A stretch of 64,000 nt of DNA from Fimicolochytrium jonesii (Eukaryota): positions 434,001 to 498,000 of the forward strand of contig NW_026515691.1 in NCBI RefSeq assembly GCF_025526975.1, in the 5' to 3' direction. Both the position numbers and the translations under genes were made by a program. The notes beneath the pieces are model-generated. The model did not search any database, had not been told where the DNA came from, and was given only the letters and a program-made list of their open reading frames with translations. Numbering within the stretch: position 1 is the first letter of the stretch; each line of letters begins with the position of its first letter. This document shows positions 40,547 to 54,457 of this stretch, in pieces.

Positions 40547-43500
40547 ATGCTGGCAATGCCCGGCCCATCCGCGTCCTCCAGCGCACCGCCACGCCGGTCA
40601 GTGCAGCAGCAGCTCCTCTTCGCCAAAGCAAACGGCGACCCGCTGAAGTTCACCATAACGCGTGGTGCGCACCGAGCGCGTGCGCGAGACCTGATCGAAT
40701 CGAACGGCGGTGAAGTTGTGGAGTACGCCCCTGTGGATGAGATATTCATGAAAGTAGCAGGACCGGGTTCGACGCCGTCGGCAAGGGACATGTATTCTAC
40801 CGAATATGTGGAGGATTCTGTAAAGGCGGGGCGGCTTCTGGATCGAGCGCCGTATTGCCTTTCGTTGGATTTGGTTGCTTCTGGGAATCGAACAATGTAC
40901 GCGTAGAGTTGTGTTTGCGCTCTATGCATCATTTTCGAGGTTTCGCTGACATGGATCTCTTTGCGTAATTCAGATCCCGGGAACCATTTGATGCGAAGGA
41001 TGATGTTATACTTCGGGCTGAAATCGAGAGAGCCAGCGGGACTGATCTCTCCGGAAATGCCCTATATAAACGCATCGCGGCACAGGTACGGATGTCTGAC
41101 CTGTCTTTCTGTGGATATGCCGGCGCGGACGCTAACGAGTGCTCTCATTTTCACCAGTTTCCGCATCACCCCTGGCAATCATGGCGAAACCGCGCCGTTG
41201 AACGCATCCTGCCTACACTGCACACAGAAAAGAAAAAAAACGCGGCAAAACAGCCGGTGAATCAGAATCAGAACCAGAACCAGAACCAGAACCAACCAGC
41301 TATTGTCACCGCGACGTCTAATGCCACGAAAGCGGTTGTCCGCCCCAAACGTTCCGAAATCTTCACCCCGTACGAAGATGAGATTCTGAAAGAAGTGATT
41401 CGTGTCACACGCCCGGAGCTGAGGGATGCGGCTTATGCCGTGCTTGCTGGAATGGTTCGTTAACCCCATCAATTGGCCGCGCACCCATCAGCGAAACCTG
41501 TACTTACACTCAACAACAATAAAGCTCAATAAAGTGCACTCCCGCGAGCAATGGAAATCCCACGCCGAGTCCGAAATCATCTCCCAAGTCGAAGCCGAAA
41601 ACTCCGATGACGACGATGATGACGACGACCAAGCGCAGCCTGGCCAAAAACGAAAGAAGCAGCGACGGAAGGAGTTTACGGAGCGCGAGAAGAGGCTTAT
41701 TAGGAATTTTACGAGGGGGAAATGTACGGCGCCAGGGATCAAGGGGAAAAATTTTTGGTTGGAGTTTGCTGTTCAGGTATGGGGATGGATGGCTGCTGGA
41801 TGGTGGGAATGGGCTCTCTGATTCTTTTTTTTTCTTTTGGAATGAGTAGCATCCGGAACATAATGCGGAGAGCTGGCGAGGCCACTTCAAAAACCACATC
41901 TGCGCCGTTCTCCAAGCCGGCGAGGAAGTTCGAACGGAAGCGAAACAGATGGTTGAGGACGGGTGGACGTTGGAGGATGACTGGCAGCCGGCGGATGACG
42001 CTGGCGCGGATCAGCAGGAGGAGGGCGAGGTTGATCAAGTGGACTGGGAAAACGAGGAGGAGGAGGAGGAGGAGGAGGATGAGGAGACGCAAACCGAGAA
42101 CGGCCCGAATGACACGCAGTCGGAATCTGTTGACGGTCAGAACGAAAACGAGGAGGACGAGGTGGAAGATACCGCACACCAATTCATGACGCAGGAGCCC
42201 TCTGGGGGAGTGTGGGACGACCGCGGTTCAGAAGAATCTGAAGATGGAGTGGGCGAGGAGGAAGAAGACAGGCACCAGTGGCAGACTCAAGGCCCCCAGC
42301 CTCGCTCCCCACAACAAAAGTCCCAACAAATCCAACAACACACCCAAACCCAACGCAAAAGCACACGAATCCTGCAAATGACAATGACCCAACAAACCGA
42401 ATCGCTCCAAATCAGCACATACCCGCCCGACAACGAGATGGAAGATATCTCCGACACCGAGGACGACACCGGGTCCGAGTCTGGGTCCCTGGGCGGGTTG
42501 CAGACGCAGGCACCGCCGTTCAAGGCTGTTGAGATTAGTGATGATGATGACGAGGAGCAGAATCAGGAGAGAGAGGGTGACGATGGCAGTGCGGCAAGTG
42601 CAGGAGCGAAGGGTAGTCCGGAAAGGGTGGTGGGCAGAACGGAAGAGGATATTGATGATATTATGGAACGTGGGGCGAGGTTGACGAGGGCGGCGATGGC
42701 TAATGCGTCGGCGGGGCTGCCGAGTAAACGATCGTTCATTTATGATGATGAGGAGGGAGGGAGTGGGGAGGATGAGGATGGTGCAAGAACGGGCCAGGGA
42801 GATGGTTCGGAAGAGGATTTATCGCCTGAGCTCTTGCAGGCCGCTAACGGCGACGTGGGCACGCCCGCACGCACCACCCGCACGGCGTCACCCGAAACCG
42901 ACCACGAGTCCGAGCCGCCCTTCCAGCAGACTCGGAGGTCACCCCGGAAAGCGAATGGCAACACCGTTGCGAAAACGGACGAGAGTGAAGATGAGAGGTA
43001 TACCGCCTCGGATCGTGACGACGAACCACCGGAGTTGCCGCTTCGACGGTCCCCGCGCAAAGCTGGTGCTCCTGATCCTACTGCTACGGCAACCGAAGGC
43101 GTAACGACACGGTTGAGGGAACGTTCCAGACGTACCAGGTCCAGCAACGCCGTACCCTCCGAAAGCATCAAAACACGTCTCCGCCACCGCATCGAGTCCA
43201 CCGTAAGCCCATCCAAACGCAAGTTGGGGATCCAAGCCCAAAGGGAATTGGACGGGCAGGTGTATGTACCCAAAAACGTTGTTGAGGATGAGGAGGTGGG
43301 AAGGAGACGGAGGAGTGTGAGGAGGAGTGCAGTTGCGGTTAGGGAGGGGTTTTCGTATGAGGTTCCGGGGAAGGATGAGTTTGTGGATGGGAGTGATGGA
43401 AGCGAGGAGGAGGATTTGAGCAAAGAGGCGGGCGAGTCTTCCGAACAGGGTGAATCCTCGTTGAATGTACAATCGCCGAAGAAGACGTTGCGGAGAAGGC

Positions 43501-44492
43501 GGGAGGAGACGGAATCGGCGTTGGATGTTCATGCCGATGAGCAGATGGTGGACGCAGCAGTTTCAAGGAAATCACCTAGGAAAGCGGACACGGTGGCTGG
43601 TGTTGTACACAAGCAACATGCTGCGAACGTGAGCGCGAGCGAGAGTGTTACTTCTATTGCTAGGTCACCCACATTGTCGGTCTCCCCATCCATTGCGGGG
43701 CTCGCTGCCAACATCAACCACAACAACAACATCATCATCAACAACAGCAAAATGGGAAACAGCATCATATCGTCTCGCTCGTCGTCGGCGCGCTCGTCGC
43801 CGTTGGATGTTAGTCGGCGGACGTCGGCGGGCAGGGTGACGGTTATTAGGGGGGTTTCGATTGATGATGATGAGGAGGAGGTTGGGGATGTGAGGAAGGT
43901 GGATAAGGGCAAACGGCCTGTTGTCGTGGTTGAGTCTACGCGTTCTACCGCAAATAGCGCGCGTAATGGTTCCGCCAAGACATCAGCGCAAAAGCAAAAG
44001 CAACGACCAGCAAAACCCCAGCAAACCTTCACTGAAAGAAAATCAACCCAAACCCAACGCTCCGACTTCTTCTCCCAATTCGATGCCCTCCTCCGCGACT
44101 ACACCGAGCTCAACCCCTACCGCCGCGACCACCTCGAGCACGACTACTCCCCGTTCTACAATGACCCGGCTTACACGCGTAAATCCTGTCTGCTCGCCCT
44201 GCACATGTCCTCCGGCCTTTTTTCGCTGGCGAGGAAGTTGTTGGATGTTGCAAGGGGGGATAGGGAATTTGATATGGGGGTGATTGAGGGGAGGGCGGAG
44301 GAGGAGTATTGGGGGGAGGAGGATAGGATTGCGCATAGGGTGGTTGGGAGACGGTGTTTTGGTCGGGAGGATGATGCGGTGCTGCTTGGAGTGGATGTGG
44401 ACGGGTTGCAGGAGTTGAGGAGGAGGAAGGGGAGGGGGAGTGTGGCGCGGAGGATGAGGTTTTTGCATTCTTTGGGGGTTAGGGGGGGCTGA
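40547..44492 (+). CDS. RAP1: Telomere-associated protein Rap1 (BRCT, Myb-like repeats, acidic linker, RCT domain)
   Basis: BRCT (LIESNGG...YVEDSV), Rap1-type Myb (PFDAKDD...GNALYK...HPWQSWRNR) and C-terminal EDDAVLL...LRRRKG..SVARRMRFL. Confidence 0.82.
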
Positions 44493-45207
44493 AGTGGAGA
44501 GCGGGAGGATTGGGCAGAGAAGTGGGCTGGAAGTGGGGGAATGCGGGATACGAAAACAGTGGCATGATCTTGAAGACGAAAACTGGGGGAACAGTGTACC
44601 CGGACGGGGTGTACATATGTTAATTCAAAGCCGAAATGGGATCTGTATGCAATAATATGAAGATATCGTATGCATCATCAGTGAACTCTTCGTTGACATC
44701 GGCTAATACGCCGACCTTCCTTGCTGAGACTTGCTTTACTTGCGTCGTTGACAGTGCGGGCTTAGCCGCTGTCAATCACAGAACGAAATGAATCTTGTGC
44801 GCCGTCAGTCTTGCGAAGCCACGCGATGAGGTCATTCATGCTCTCAGCCTTCTCGGATTCCCCTTCTCGCAGCACACAACGTTTGTGGGCGCTGCTGCAT
44901 AGTGCAGATGCACAACTTGCAGCATAAGCACTGGCAGGCTGAGGGCACTCATGGTTTGCTCACGGTTGGTCCCGTTTGATTGCGTTGGTGGCCAGAGTCG
45001 TCAGGTCGTGACAGCGGGCGGTGCACATTTCGTCACCTCCGTCGCTCTCGGAGGAAGGCTTTGCAAAACGTTCCCTTTATTCCCTGCTTCCGATGCGAAT
45101 AAAAGGGCAGAGCAGCCCCATCGCTCCCCCTCCTTCACCGGATAACCAAACCACCACAAAGAACCCAAAAACGCAAAGTCCATACTCTTTCTAAACAAAC
45201 CGCAAAC

Positions 45208-45696
45208 ATGACCAACCCCATCCAAAACCTCACCACCCCCTCCTCCCACCACACCCCTCAAACAACAACCGGGCCCCTCCGCGCCAACCAACTCGACGAC
45301 TCGGTCGGCGTTTTCGCCGCAGCCGGCCTCCCCACGGGTTTCGGCCTCAAACACGACCCCAACGCCGTGCAGGGCCACTCTTCCGTGCATGCCCACGCTG
45401 AACGTAACCACGAACTTACCGGTGCCGCTGAGAAGATTGTGCCTGACCACGGCCTCACTGGCAACCACGATCTCACTGGCAACCACGGTCTGAATGCGAC
45501 TACGGTCCACGATGCCCACCACAACAACGTTCACGATGTCCACCACAACAACGTTCACGATGGCCACCATGACGCCCAACATGGACGAGCACACGGCTCG
45601 CAGAACCTGGCGGGAGCTTGGATGCCACATGCCGCTCAGCACAGGGATGGGGAGTCGGTCGCGCAGCCGGGTCTCCATGCCAATATTGTCCTCTGA
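45208..45696 (+). CDS. Small His/Asn-rich repeat protein (162 aa)
   Basis: Clean single ORF with C-ending codon bias, AAACATG start context and AATAAAAG about 110 bp upstream; HGLTGN and HDxHHNNV repeats. Confidence 0.6.
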   Translation: MTNPIQNLTTPSSHHTPQTTTGPLRANQLDDSVGVFAAAGLPTGFGLKHDPNAVQGHSSVHAHAERNHELTGAAEKIVPDHGLTGNHDLTGNHGLNATTVHDAHHNNVHDVHHNNVHDGHHDAQHGRAHGSQNLAGAWMPHAAQHRDGESVAQPGLHANIVL

Positions 45697-48600
45697 GAGC
45701 ATCGACGTATAACTGTCACCTTGTTAGTTATCTTCTTATATACCTTCACACATACACACCACTTTTTTGTTCCTCGTCCCAACACCCTCAGATAGGGACT
45801 CTGAGTTTTTGTATAGTAGCGCCTATGCGCTGGCCCTTTGTATTGGCATAATAAACCACTTTTGATATCCGCTTGACATCTCTCGCACAATACTCAGATT
45901 TTGTCCTTTCGGCGACTACTTGATCGCGTGCACACGGCGCACGCACGACTCACCAGAGCTTTCCCCCTCTCTCCCCCCCTTCCTGGCCTACACAATATTA
46001 GTGCCAAGGTGACCTCGCTCACAGGGTCCCCGCGTAAACCCCTGGGAAAGTCTATCCGACGCGTCCTCGTAAGCTCAAAACCGCGCATGGAAAAAGGCCA
46101 AAATTGCAGCATTAGCAGATATCGTCAGCACAAGACGCTTGTTTCTTGCCCCCCCCCTTTTCCTCTCCTCGGGCAGGTTATAAAAAAAAGCACCTGGGTA
46201 ATCGTCCTCGATCGGCATTAAGCTCATATTCACGTCGTCCTCGCACCCTCTATCCATCTTCTTACTTCGCGCATACCGGTTCCCTACAACCTGTGTCCTG
46301 GCCGCACACCCCACCACTGCATCATCGTTTCGACAGTTGGGTTTCTCTACGCGTTACGGGATGAGTCAACATCCCCATGGCGGCATCGGACAAGTCTCGC
46401 TTGCATACTCTCTCGTAGTCGAGTATCGTGTTTCCTTGCATGGGCAAAACGATGTCAACCACGGCTTGGCGCATTCTCCAGTACTCAGGAAGTGCACCAT
46501 CGGCATTCACCCATCTATCTCATCGGCAATTCGTCTCGGTCAATCCTTGTCGCTTAATTCTCCGGTCGCTCTCTCCCTGTTCTTGTTCCCTCCTATGCTA
46601 GGAAGTTACGGAGATCGACCGCTCCATCTACTGCGGAAGTGCCAATTCGCCTATTGTCTTCTCTAATTTTCCCTCTCTTGTCTACTTAGATTTTGGATCG
46701 TTGGATAACGTTCCATCTCTTGTCCCTAATCTTCACTCTCTTGTGTGGATACACGCGCGACCGGCCGAACATTCGCAAGTCGGTGCGAATTTTCTACGTG
46801 TATGCGGTGTCCTCCATTGTTTCTCTTCCCGCCCGTTTCTATGTTCACCACGAGTGAGGTTCATCTCCTTTCGGCATTTGCTCGTCCCGCCAAATTCTTT
46901 CCCCTTCTCCTTGTCTCTTCTCTCTTCTATATCAGGCTGTACGCCTACGCCTCTCACTTTCTACATTCGAGCGGGACACAGCCGCATGGGTTGTCCCCCC
47001 TTGCTTCATTTCTAAACTTTTCTCATATAAGAGGATTTACACGGCTTCGCAAGCACGTACCGACTGATCCCGTTATGAACCTTGCACGTAAGACATCTCG
47101 ACAATCCCCTTCCATGCTGTTATTTCTCCCCTGCCTAAGAGCAACACCGGATCGCGCAGCACAGGCTCACAAGTTTCCCGCAGCTTGTTTTCAGCTCTCG
47201 GTTCAATCATGTTCATTCCTCTTGGCTGACTTGGCTGTGTTCCCTCATCTAACATCCCCTCTCATCTCGACAATGTGTGGCAATGATACCTAACCCCGGC
47301 ACTCTAGCCAGCGCCTGCTTCCCTTTTTGGTACTCTCCACGGGGCTGACCGCTCACGCGGCTGACCACTTTTCGTTCACGAACGGTGAGCAAACACGGAA
47401 TCGCGTTGTTGACGCGTATTTCGTAAGCTCCAAACGCTTGATAATTTACGAGTAAGGGATATATCGTCAGCAAACGCATCGTGGCTCTCTTCTCCTCTCT
47501 TCTTGCTTAACCAGTCTCACCCGGCCTTCGTGGTCCAATAATCTTATAGAAAGACCATTCTGTGCCTTCGGAATCTTCGTCTTCCTCTCCAGGTCTTACG
47601 CGTAGGCATGACCAAGCAGGCAGCAGGGCATCTGGGCATTGGGCGCCACTTTCCGGGCCGTCATCATTAGAAGGCTAAGTCGAAAGCTTAGACCTCGGTG
47701 TACTATCGGTGTGATCTCCCTACCCTTCTCCCTCCCACTTCCCGTCCCTCTTCTCGGCCGTCAAAGAACTGGGGACAAGCCCGATAATGTGAGCACTGCG
47801 TGAAGACAGCTCGTGTCTCTTGGCCCGGCCCTCTGTCGCCGACAGAGACGTCCTGTCACGGTGCCTGCAAACGATCCCGACGCGTTATTTCTGACGCGTA
47901 TCTAAGCCGACATCGTCAGCCATTTTGGCGCCCATGTGAGGGCGGAGTTCAGCTTCCTCGGGGGAGACGCGCTCGAGTCTGCTTGAGAGATCCTGATGCT
48001 CCCGCGCACGCAATACCCAAATACGCCCAAGAACGACTTCGCGAGTTTGCAAGGATGAACTAACAAGCATCGCATCGCGAAAGGGCAAAAGGAAAACAAA
48101 ACGAGGCAGGTTGTCAAACCTGCCCATGTAGAGCGGGCGCACGGGAGGCGTCGCTCCGGTCAGAAAGTCGCACAGTAGCTGGTGCTTCCTCACCACTGCA
48201 GCTCCAAAACGCGCAGGAGATAACCGCAGGAAAAGGTTCTGTAGTCCGGATTTTGCACGTAGACGACATCCGGCAGCGCGGCAGGACGGGTCACTTGGGC
48301 GCCGCGGGGGGGCTTGGCTCTTTCAACATAAGATCACTCTAATTCCGTTCGCCTGGCCCGTTCGGAGCGACCGGGATGAACACAGGAAGGCCGCGGTCAC
48401 CTCCTTTTCTTTGCCCCGGAAGCACACCGGGCCTCGACCCATGTATGCATCGCTCGTCTGGAAAGACGGAGAGTTCCCAGAACCCTCCAGCAAGGAAAAA
48501 CGCGTCAGGAACGCGTTTTGGACTGAAAGCTGTCAATGCTGTCAATTTGCTCACCCCAGCTTATCAAAGCATCCCACGCGTCTTCCCCGCCCTCCGCCCC

Positions 48601-49314
48601 AGGCGCACATAGAGGGATTCGACGCGTTCGCAATAGTGAAATCGGGAGTCGTAAGCCTTCATCGAGCAAGACCCATGCAACTGGCTCTCCACACGTATTC
48701 CTTCCTTGGGCTTGCGGCGCGAACGATCGAGACTGGGTTGGGTTGGACTTTTACCTGGATGATTGATTGGGGAACTTGAAGGCGCTTGTGCATGCATCGG
48801 GGAGCGTTAGATCCCGAGAAAGCATGGATAGAGTGTGGGTGGATTGGGGGATCGTGTTTCATGAGGGTGCAAGTGAATTCAATTGATTGCGTCTGTCAAA
48901 GTTGAGGTGACGATGGCAGGTACGGTGAACACACAAAGATCGAGGCAGGGCGGAACAGGGGCGAGTTTCCACAGACCCGCTGGACTCTGCTGCGATCAAT
49001 CCATACGTTCCTAGAGTACGCGCCCAACACGCCTGATGCAGACCCAGGCGTGGTAATCAAGAAAGAGAGCAGGTACCCGTTTTGTATCTATCCAGATCCA
49101 GTGTATTTGAGTCATTTGCAAGGGACCCGTGTCAACGTCCATGTAAAGTGTATGAAGCAGCGGAAAGATGAGAGTCTGGGGGAGGGTGTGGTCTTTTACG
49201 CGCAAGGTGGGAGAAGCGGGAAGAGGGGGGTGGGGGGGGGGGGGTGGGGACGGTATGAAAACATCCTTCGGGATAGGACAAGTCACGTTGCATCCTGCGT
49301 GATGTCCTGGAGTC

Positions 49315-52300
49315 TTACATGGGTTCAGTGTACTGAGATGGGAAAAGGGGAAGGGGGGGTCAGGAAATACCGAGGAGTGCAACTGAAACCATCAGAGGGG
49401 CAGACACTCACGTTAGCAGGAAACAGCCCTTTCCGTCCATTGACTTCTCCCTGCCACCACCCTGCGTCGTCTGCGAAACGAAAGAAGGACATTGGTCAGC
49501 CACATGGCTCCGCAATCGAATAGGTTTGCGACGAGCGTACCTTGATTTATGATGGATATTACGTCGTTGGCTTTGAATGATAGTTCGTCTGAGAAAGAAC
49601 GCCGGGTAAAACGTCAGTACCCAGATAGGCTTTGCAAAAATCACAAAGCATGTCAAGAACATACCAGCCTCCGAAGCCTCATAATCCTGCAGAAAAATAA
49701 TACCATCAGCAAAGGCATCCCCAATCATCCGCCAACCCACTAACACACCAAAAGCACAAAAACTCACATAAAGTGCCCGACAAGTCGGCAACGCAGCCTT
49801 CTTCGGCGGCGGCGGCGGCGGAAGCTTCTTCCTCGCTGCAGCAGGCGACCCACCCCCAACCTGCGGCAACGCAAATCCGCCGCCTCCAAACCTGCTCGCC
49901 GCTGCTTGCACACCTCCGCCGCCTCCTGCCGGTGCCCCCCCATACGACGTTGCAGCCGCCGCGGATGGAGCCCTGCCATATCCCGCCGCGACGTTTGCGA
50001 CCCGGGGCCCAGATGAAGACGCAACCTGCCCAGGCCGCGAATCCATCGGCAACCCCGGGTTGATCCGCACCTCCGTGACCTTCCCGTTGTTCTTGACAAA
50101 CGCCACCTTGTGCGCCGGGTCGCTGACGAACCGGATCTCCTGGGTGCCGCCGGACTGCCAGGTGGTTTTCTTGACGGTGTACTTGATGGTGTCGGTGAAG
50201 GTTAGGGGGAGGGTGCGGTGGGTTGCGAGTTGGTATTTCTCGCTGTTCAAAGAAGAAAACCAAAATCGGTCAACATTTGCCGAAAGGTGACATGACTACT
50301 ACGCGAACAGGGGAAACGACAGGAAACGCACCTGAGAACAGTAACAAACTCCGTCTTAAACATATTCTCCAACACCAAATCAAACTGCCCCGGCACATGC
50401 ACCACAAACAGATCATCCGGTTTCGTTGACATCGAAACACCCTGAATCTCACTAAACGGAATCTGCTGCTTGATGACTTTCACCAGCCGGCCCTTGTTGG
50501 GTCCACTCTTCTCCTTTTCGGTTCCGACAATGACAAGTGCGGATTCGGTGAGAAGGAGTTCCCGCGTGACGGGCTTGAATTTGCGGTCGTATTTGGTGAC
50601 GCGGTCTGCAAAGACTACTTTTGTGTTTTTGCCTGTTGTGCGGGAGGAGGGGAAAGATGAGGTATGTTCAGCGCACGTTCTATGCTCCTATCCATATACC
50701 GGACCCACGCCGATAAGGGCCCAAACTCACCAACAAGATTCTTCAAAATCGGATTATCCAAAAACCCCAAATAATCCCCCAAAAACTCTCGATTCAAACT
50801 AAACCGTTTCCTCTCCTTCCTCCCGCACATGACATCCGCGGCCTTCTTCCTCAGCTCCAAAAAGTACTTGCGGCTCTTCCACCGGCGATACGCGCGCTGG
50901 ATGACTTTCGCGTACGTGTGGTACTTGCGGTCGCGCTGCTCTTCGAGGAGGAAGAGGGATTCGGGAGACTTAATGAAGATTTTTGTGCGGCCTAGTTGCC
51001 ATTCGGTGGGTTCCATGTGGACGGAGGACATGATGTGTTTGATGCCGTCGGAAGTGGGGCCGGGCCAGTGAGGGAAAGTTTCTTTTGTGAGGATTGCGAA
51101 TCTGTTTGCATGAAATTCAGCGTTAGGGGTGTTAAAGGTCCGGGTGTCCTAAAGAGGGAAGACAGATATCCAAATCCGAACACGCACCTCCTCAAAAACT
51201 TCTCAAACGTATTCCGATAGGCATACCCCGCCCTCCTAACCCTAATATTCTCCTTCAAATTCAAATACCGCACCTGATGCTCCACCCGTTTCGCATCCCA
51301 GTCCTTGGCGCGTTTCGTCTCATTCGGTTTGATACATCTCACATACGACGGGGTGCATCTCATCAACGTTTCGACCAATTCCTGCGATTGGCCTTTTATC
51401 TTGTGGGAGACGGTTGTGGGGCGTTTCCGGTCGCTGTCGTCGATTTCTTCGGGGAAGAGGGCGCGGATGAAGGGGCTGGTGGTGGACTGCATGAGGGAGA
51501 CGAGGTCCTTGAAGAGGGTGTCTTTGTTGGCTTCGACGAAGCCGTCGCAGCTGTATGTAACCGCACCGGCGTAATGCTGAATGACAAACTGGGACTGATG
51601 CCCTTGGTAATGTTTGTTCTGCGAGCACGCCATATCGAGCTTCTGCACGAAAGTCTGGTCAGCGCCGTCGGCCACCGCGTGCATCGTGAAGCAGATATCG
51701 TCCAAAACAGCCATGATCCCTGGTGGTCTCTTGCTCTCGATCAGATCGACGACGACCTTGTTGTTGAAGTACTCGATGGGTGTCCACTGGATGCCCTCGC
51801 GCTGATACTCCTCCTGCTCGGATTTGAGCGTGAGTTCGATGAAGATCTGCTGCAGCCGCTCGTTGACGTAGTTGATGCAGAACTGCTCGAACCCGTTGCG
51901 TTCGAAGATCTCAAAGCCGAAGATGTCGAGGACTCCTAGGGAGAGTTGGGCTGTTTCCCGGAGTCCGGCGGCGAGGCTGGCCATCGCGTTGTTGACGGCT
52001 TGGACGATCCAATCGAATAGACGCGTGTAGAGCGCTTTTGATAACGCGTCCCTCGTGCCCTGTGCCTGCTGCACGTTCATCGGCACATTGTATGACGAGC
52101 TCCGTTTCCCAAACCCTCCCGTCGTCATAATCCTACTCGTGAGCTTGTTATCCAGCATCTCTTCCGATATCCCAAACAGGTACGCCGGGAACGCCAGCGT
52201 CTGCGGGTCCGCTACTTTCGCGTTGTTGCCTTCTTCTATAAAGGACACGTTGCCCAGATGCAGGATCCCAGCGACGATCTGGAATATCGATGCTTTGTCC

Positions 52301-54103
52301 GCTTCGCTAATCTGACAAATATCAATCGATTTCTTCATGTCGGCAAATTCCTCGACGTCGTTGATCCCGTCCGCGTGGTATTCGCCGCTGGAGTTGAGGT
52401 AGTGGAAATACTGCGGGTCCATCATTCCCAGCTGCTCCTTCTCCTGAGCGTTGGCTCCTTTTGTCATTTGGTAGAACTGTGTCGCATATGCTGTGAATGA
52501 GTGTGAAAAGACTGAGATAGGGCGGACTTTTGACTTACGATGTGAAAGTTTCGCTCTCCAACACCCGGTCCTACAACGCGAGACTAGGAAGCAAACTGAG
52601 CTCCATAGTCGAAACCCGCCCTGGCTTCGAAAATGGGGTATACCTTTTCCAGCAAGAAATTGGATATCTTGCCTCCACCAGGCGCCCCGCTCTTCCCAAA
52701 CTTGATCTCGAAATATTTGCCCTGTCATGAGTCCTCAATCAGCCTCAATCCCCATCAAAAAGCCTCTCATCGAATCGGCGGACTCACGAATCGACTAGAA
52801 TTGTTGTTCCGCAACGTTTTGGCGTTTCCAAACGACTCCAGCAATGGATTGGATCCCAGAATGATCCGCTTCACTTCGTCAACAATCGTGTTGTTCGCTC
52901 CGCCTCCACCCGACACGGCCGCGATGTAGTTCCTGCACATGCTATTTAGCGATTGGGGTGACGGTGGGCAACACGAACGGGGAAATGCGGTGTCTCACAT
53001 GATCAATTTGGCGGATTCCGTTTTTCCTGTTTGGTGTTTATTAGAACCCCCTCCATACGAGTCGAAGACATGGGCTGGCCAACGAAGAAGTACCTGCTCC
53101 ACTCTCGCCACTACAGTGACCGAATTATCTGGTCAGAGTCCACAGCCAATAGTCACTGCCCTTTTCCCACAAGCCGCAACGAACCTAATAATGACACACT
53201 GATTCTCCTCATCGGTAATCATGCTCTGAAACCTTCTCAACAGTCAGAAGCGGGCCTCTCCAGCCCGCCACAGCAACCAGTCCTCACATCTTATCCGCGA
53301 CCGCATAGACGTGCGGAGGGTGCTCATAGGCCGCCTGGACGAGGTTGTGATGATCAACGCCATGCTACCGTGATCAACAGCATCATGGGAAGCACCTACA
53401 GAGCCATGGTATATATCTAGCGGTGATGAAATTGTAAGCCTTAGCCTCAGGAGATCTCAGAAACGCCGGATCCTCCTTTGCACTCTTTGATACCCACCTA
53501 TTTCCTTCTCGGTAAAGTACGGCAGCTTCTTATACGGGTTGACTACATTCACGTGTCAGCCACCATTACATCGTCCCTCCCCCGCACATCAGCAACACAC
53601 CTGCAACAAGTGTCGGTCCTGCAACCCAAAAAAAATCGTCAGTGGTAATTCTCCCTGTGCTCATATGACTTTCAAAAAGGTGGGCCATACCTATGTATGT
53701 AAACATCAAGTCTGCCTGAATCCTGCAAGCGCGGTCGTTGAGTACAGGTGATAGTCACCGACCGCTGAGACTGGTAGCCTACCGTTTCTTCAGATTCTCT
53801 GTGATCTGGAGGGGTGATGTGGTCAATTCTCACGCGTTAGGTATCGGAGATCAAATAGGAAGGGTACCTGATCATCAGTCACTTTCGACAGAAGCTGTAT
53901 GAACAGTTACAAGCGTCAGGAGACTTCGCGCTCTTAAGCTATGACCTGGTCAGTTCATTTAATCTATACCGTCATATCCTCGACGCCCTGATGGAATGCA
54001 GCATTGTTGAGTACGAGACTTTCACTTGGATAAAGTGCGATAAGTGAAGGAGCCTGGGACCTACATTCTGGGCCTGATTTTTTGAGCTCCACTGGAAGGA
54101 CAT
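49315..54103 (-). CDS. Class I myosin, long-tailed (motor, IQ, TH1, Gly/Pro/Ala-rich TH2, SH3)
   Basis: GESG...[36 protein letters not shown]3 ends GLFPAN/YTEPM* (TAA 49317-15); many micro-exons at the 5' end; ATG 54103. Confidence 0.95.
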
Positions 54104-54457
54104 GGCTCAGTGTACTCTGACCTGAGGCTGCGGAGTTGAAAGGAGGGTTTCTGAGATGTGTGTTGCAGATGGGCCAGGTATAGTGAGTGGGTCAAGTTGT
54201 TGCAAGAAGCGGATCCGAGATGGAATGAATTATGGAACGCCACATCATCCATCATTCTCGCGCGCGCACATGGGAGCATTGGGAGGGAGAGTGACGCAAA
54301 GGCATGCGCGCATCGCCCAAAAGGTGCCCATCATCAAGCCATGCGTCAAGCCATGCCAAGCAACGCACCCCCATTCCGACAACTCTCACTTTCCCACTTA
54401 AGCAAACAGACCTCAACCAACTAACAACAACAACAAGAAACAGCCAACCAAGCAACT

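Noticed and set aside
41260..41296. (AACCAG)n repeat as a telomere-like or regulatory repeat
   Set aside because: It is a coding NQ microsatellite inside a Rap1 exon
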